Position numbers and translations under genes: made by a program. From Felis catus (Eukaryota): a stretch of DNA of 64,000 bases. The number at the start of each line of letters is the position of its first letter. Within the stretch, counting starts at the first letter, position 1. Below are positions 60,539 through 64,000 of this stretch, one piece after another. The stretch spans positions 16,740,001-16,804,000 of the forward strand of contig NC_058369.1 in the NCBI RefSeq assembly GCF_018350175.1. Reading direction: 5' to 3'. The notes under the pieces are model-generated. The model was given only the letters and a program-made list of their open reading frames with translations, did not search any database and had not been told where the DNA came from.

Positions 60539-60743
60539 TTTTTTTTAATGTTTATTAATTTGAGAGAGAGAGACAGAGCATGAGCAGGGGAGGGGCAGAG
60601 AGAGACGGGGAGACAGAATCCAAAGCAGCTCCAGGTTCTGGGCTGTCAGGACAGAGCCCAATGCAGGGCTTGAACCCATGAACTGTGAGATCATGACCTG
60701 AGCTGAAGTTGGATGCTCAACTGACTGAGCCACCCAGGTGCCC
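60539..60743 (-). mobile_element. CAN-SINE
   Basis: Antisense body ending CAGGTGCCC. Confidence 0.9.
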
Positions 60744-61016
60744 TGGCAGCTAGCTTTTCATTAGGAAGGTATAATGAAAGCCAGGAGCTTGTTATAGTCA
60801 CGAGGCTTGTGTTTCAAAAGATGGCCAAATGGGGCACCTTAGGGAGGTAGAAAACAGTGGCTTCAGGAAACAAGGAGGAGGAAAGATTGATGGACCCAAG
60901 GGACTAGCTGAATATAGGGAGTGGAGGGATGGAGACAGGGTGGTTGGGTGGGGTGCCTGGGGATCTGGCCCGGGGAGAGAGGAGTTACTGTACAGCTTGC
61001 ATCTCTGCCGCGGCAG

Positions 61017-61177
61017 GTCTTTGAAGCTGCGTTGGCCTGGGTCAGATACGACCGGGAGCAGAGGGGGCCCTGCCTGCCTGAGCTGCTGTCCAATATCCGC
61101 CTACCCCTCTGCCGGCCCCAGTTCCTGTCGGACCGTGTGCAGCAGGATGACATGGTGCGTTGCTGCCACAAATGCAG
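61017..61177 (+). CDS. KLHL18: KLHL18 exon 5 ([54 protein letters not shown])
   Basis: 161 nt, GGCAG|...AG|GTGAGT; BACK motifs VFEAALAW and IRLPL. Confidence 0.97.
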
Positions 61178-62391
61178 GTGAGTGAGGATCAGCCTGCACA
61201 GGATGCTGCCGGGGTCCAGGCAGAGGAGAGGACGTGGCCCCACTTAGGCTGTTTATGTTCCAGCTCAGGGGAGGAAGGATTGAGTGATCAGTTCTAATTT
61301 ATAGCACGCAGATTGATCTGTCTTCTGTCTAGAGCCCGGAAAAGCCCAAGTCTGACCTCTTGGGGAAAGAAATGTGCCATGAGGGAGCATCAAGGCAGAA
61401 GGGGCTTCCTCCCCCATGCCGCCTGAAGATTTCCTAGCATCTCCAGGAGCTCACTTGGTGACGACTCCCTGGGGCTCCTTACTGTCTCCAGTAAACATTA
61501 GGGCGCTGGCCTTGGCTGGGTTTGGGCCCATCTAAGTGATGGGCAAGTGGGTGGGGGGACATGTTTATGGCACCTGAAACTTTTACCCTGGGTAAATCAG
61601 TGCTGACCTGGCACAGCAGAGCTCCCAAAACAGCTCAGAAGGCGGTAGCCCTTTAGGAGGATCATTATAAAAGCAGAGCAGCAAAGAACAATGTTCACCT
61701 TCCTCCAAACTGCTTGTCATATTCCCAGCGGGTTCAAGGGAGGTCAGTGGCTGTGTGCGAGCAGTATGAAGGTGTGTTTTGGCAAGGGGTGGAAGTGTGG
61801 CTACAGGTGGGTGGGACCCCGCAACCAGCCATCTCAACGGTGCTGTTAAATTTGAACTTCGTTCTGTAGGCAATGGGTAGCTATCGGAGGTTCTTAGAGA
61901 CAGCTTGGACTATAGTGTGGAGGGTGGAATGGAGAGGCAGGACTGGAGGCAGAGAAGTCCACCAGGAGCAGTCGGCTTCTGCTGCCACAGTCTAGGTGAG
62001 CAATAGCGAATTGCAGGGTGCGAGCCATAGGTATAGGAAGGGCTGGGTCTCCGTTGTGACAGGATGCAGGCTGCTTGTTGAACCTCCCCAATGCCAACTG
62101 CTGTGGCCGTCACCCTGTTCTTCTGCCAGGTGTGTGCTTGTTAGAAGATACTCATTTTGATTACACCCGCTGACATGGGCTCTGCTCACCCTGCCTCTCC
62201 AATTTTGAGCATGTTTCAATAGCTGTGTATGGTTTCCCCTGGACTCACCTGGGTTCAAGACCAAATCTTCCAGAAGGCTTCTCCTCCCATGTTTCCCCTG
62301 CAGTTCAGGTGGGGAAGCCATGATTGGAAATACACATGTAGACCACGTGGGGAGAGTACCTCCTGTCATAACATCTTGTGCCTTGTTCCAG

Positions 62392-62528
62392 GGACCTGGT
62401 AGACGAAGCAAAGGACTATCACCTCATGCCAGAGCGCCGGCCCCACCTGCCGGCTTTCAGAACTAGGCCTCGCTGCTGCACATCCATCACTGGCCTTATC
62501 TACGCCGTGGGGGGCCTCAACTCAGCAG
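62392..62528 (+). CDS. KLHL18: KLHL18 exon 6 ([45 protein letters not shown])
   Basis: 137 nt, TTCCAG|...G|GTATCT; RTRPR linker and first Kelch repeat IYAVGG. Confidence 0.97.
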
Positions 62529-63394
62529 GTATCTTGCAGCTCCTCTTTGCAGCGCCCTGTCTTGGACTTTGTGGACGAAAAGGCACCCAAACAACCTAGC
62601 CCGGCCCTCTGGTTCCCCTCCCTCGTGTGTCACCACCCTGGTCCCTCTTGATTTGGTACAACTGTACTGCAGTTAAAGCATGTCAGATATTAATACCGTT
62701 GAATCAGAGTATCAGAGCTAACTACAGCCCTGGGTAGAATTCAGTTAAACACCCAGTTCTGTTACCAAGCTAATCACATTGGTCATGCGGATCTCTGGAG
62801 TTAGACTATGACCATGTCCCCATGAGAAGGAAAATTCTCCATATACACGGGCTCTGCCACTATCGATAATGCCGTTTTCACTTCCTACCTGCAATGAAAA
62901 GCACACATGCTTCGGAATCCGTATGTTGTTGGCAGCTCTTACACAGTCAAGTTTTCAGGAAAGCGTGTGGGCCCCTCTGCCCTCCTGCCCACCCAGGCAC
63001 TGCTGCAGGGCCGGAGAGATTTGTAACGTGGTGCCTGAATCTTTGTGGTACAGTGGCGTGAGATTGTCATCTAGGTGAAGGCCAGGCCGGTTCCCAGAGT
63101 CAGTCTCGGTTTGTGGAGGTGGGGCGTTGGTGGGCAATCCTGGGCAGCTTCATTTTTAATTGAAGGTTAATGAGAGGTGGGCACAAGTCTCTGCTGCTTG
63201 TTAACCATGTGACCTGGAGAAGGGAAGTCCTTAACTAGCACACGCTGAAGTGTGGACGGTATGAGGTACCCCACAACAGAATAACACAGGGAAGGTGGAT
63301 TATCTTATTTGATCCACAAAACAAACAAACAAACAAACCTGTTGTATAAAGGTAGGGTTGGAATCATTCCTGGCTACTGTAACTACTGTTTATT

Positions 63395-63560
63395 GAGAAC
63401 TTAGTATGTTTTAGAACTATGCTAGGTGCTTTGCCTATTCTGTCATTTGATCGTGACAACAAAGCTGCCACAGAGATTATCCCCATTTCATGTGTGAGAA
63501 TAGAAGATAAGAATACAAAGCAACTTGCCCAGAGTCACATGCTAGTAAGTGAAAGTCAGC
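63395..63560 (-). mobile_element. MIR fragment
   Basis: CCCCATTTCA...AAGCAACTTGCCCAGAGTCACATGCTAGTAAGTG. Confidence 0.55.
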
Positions 63561-63898
63561 AGGGGACCCACCCCTTCCCTCCAGGCATGCTTCCTGTCCT
63601 GGGGGGATAGTGTGCCCATTTCCCATCTTTGGCTTTAAGCAGGTGGAACACCTCACTGCAGTTGTAAAACTGCCCTCTCTAGAAAGTACATGCCTCTTGT
63701 CTGATTCTGATTTTCCTTGAAGAATTAGGTTTGAGGTTAACACAGCTGGAATGTCGTAGTGGGCCCATCTGGCTCCAGTAATTCTGTGGGAAGAATTGAT
63801 AGAGTCAGGTCAAACGTTCCATATAATCAATGCCCAACAGCCGTGATCTAAACACGTGGTCTCATTTGTTTTAATTTGAGTAGCAAATTTTTATGCAG

Positions 63899-64000
63899 GT
63901 GATTCCCTGAATGTGGTAGAAGTATTCGACCCCATCGCCAACCGCTGGGAGAAGTGCCATCCCATGACAACAGCCCGCAGCCGTGTCGGTGTGGCTGTGG
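63899..64000 (+). CDS. KLHL18: KLHL18 exon 7, truncated by window edge ([34 protein letters not shown])
   Basis: Hand-translated; acceptor TATGCAG at 63898 (alternative in-frame TAG at 63883); Kelch motif VE.FDP...W....M. Confidence 0.96.

Noticed and set aside
96-60733. Dozens of 60-100 aa ORFs with similar sequences (MAQSVKRPTSAQVMIS..., ...ERERETQNLKQAPGS)
   Set aside because: All are translations of CAN-SINE copies, not a gene family or repeat-array system

Overview
Mammalian genomic DNA from a carnivore, almost certainly a felid given the dense tRNA-derived SINEC_Fc-type CAN-SINEs. The window holds a head-to-head gene pair sharing a CpG-island promoter at about 17.0-18.5 kb. KIF9 (kinesin-9, minus strand) has four visible coding exons, at 12880-12788, 11027-10862, 9090-8984 and 6204-5980, and continues off the left edge. 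KLHL18 (BTB-BACK-Kelch CUL3 adaptor, plus strand) has coding exons 1-7, a 33 kb first intron, and runs off the right edge. Splice sites and reading-frame phases join cleanly for both genes. The rest is intronic: about 45 CAN-SINEs, old L1/L2/MIR fragments, hAT-Charlie DNA transposons, three solo LTRs, microsatellites and five N-runs. I found no convincing previously undescribed gene system. The most interesting unannotated structures are a 5'-truncated retrocopy of an unidentified mRNA 3' end with a target-site duplication (about 35.15-35.5 kb), about 1 kb of foreign DNA inside an old L1 with scrambled junctions (32.3-33.3 kb), an RFX X-box plus tandem ETS sites in the bidirectional promoter, and an in-frame tandem acceptor adding 5 aa to KLHL18. 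Repeat family names are from recalled consensus sequences, and repeat boundaries are approximate unless a TSD is given.
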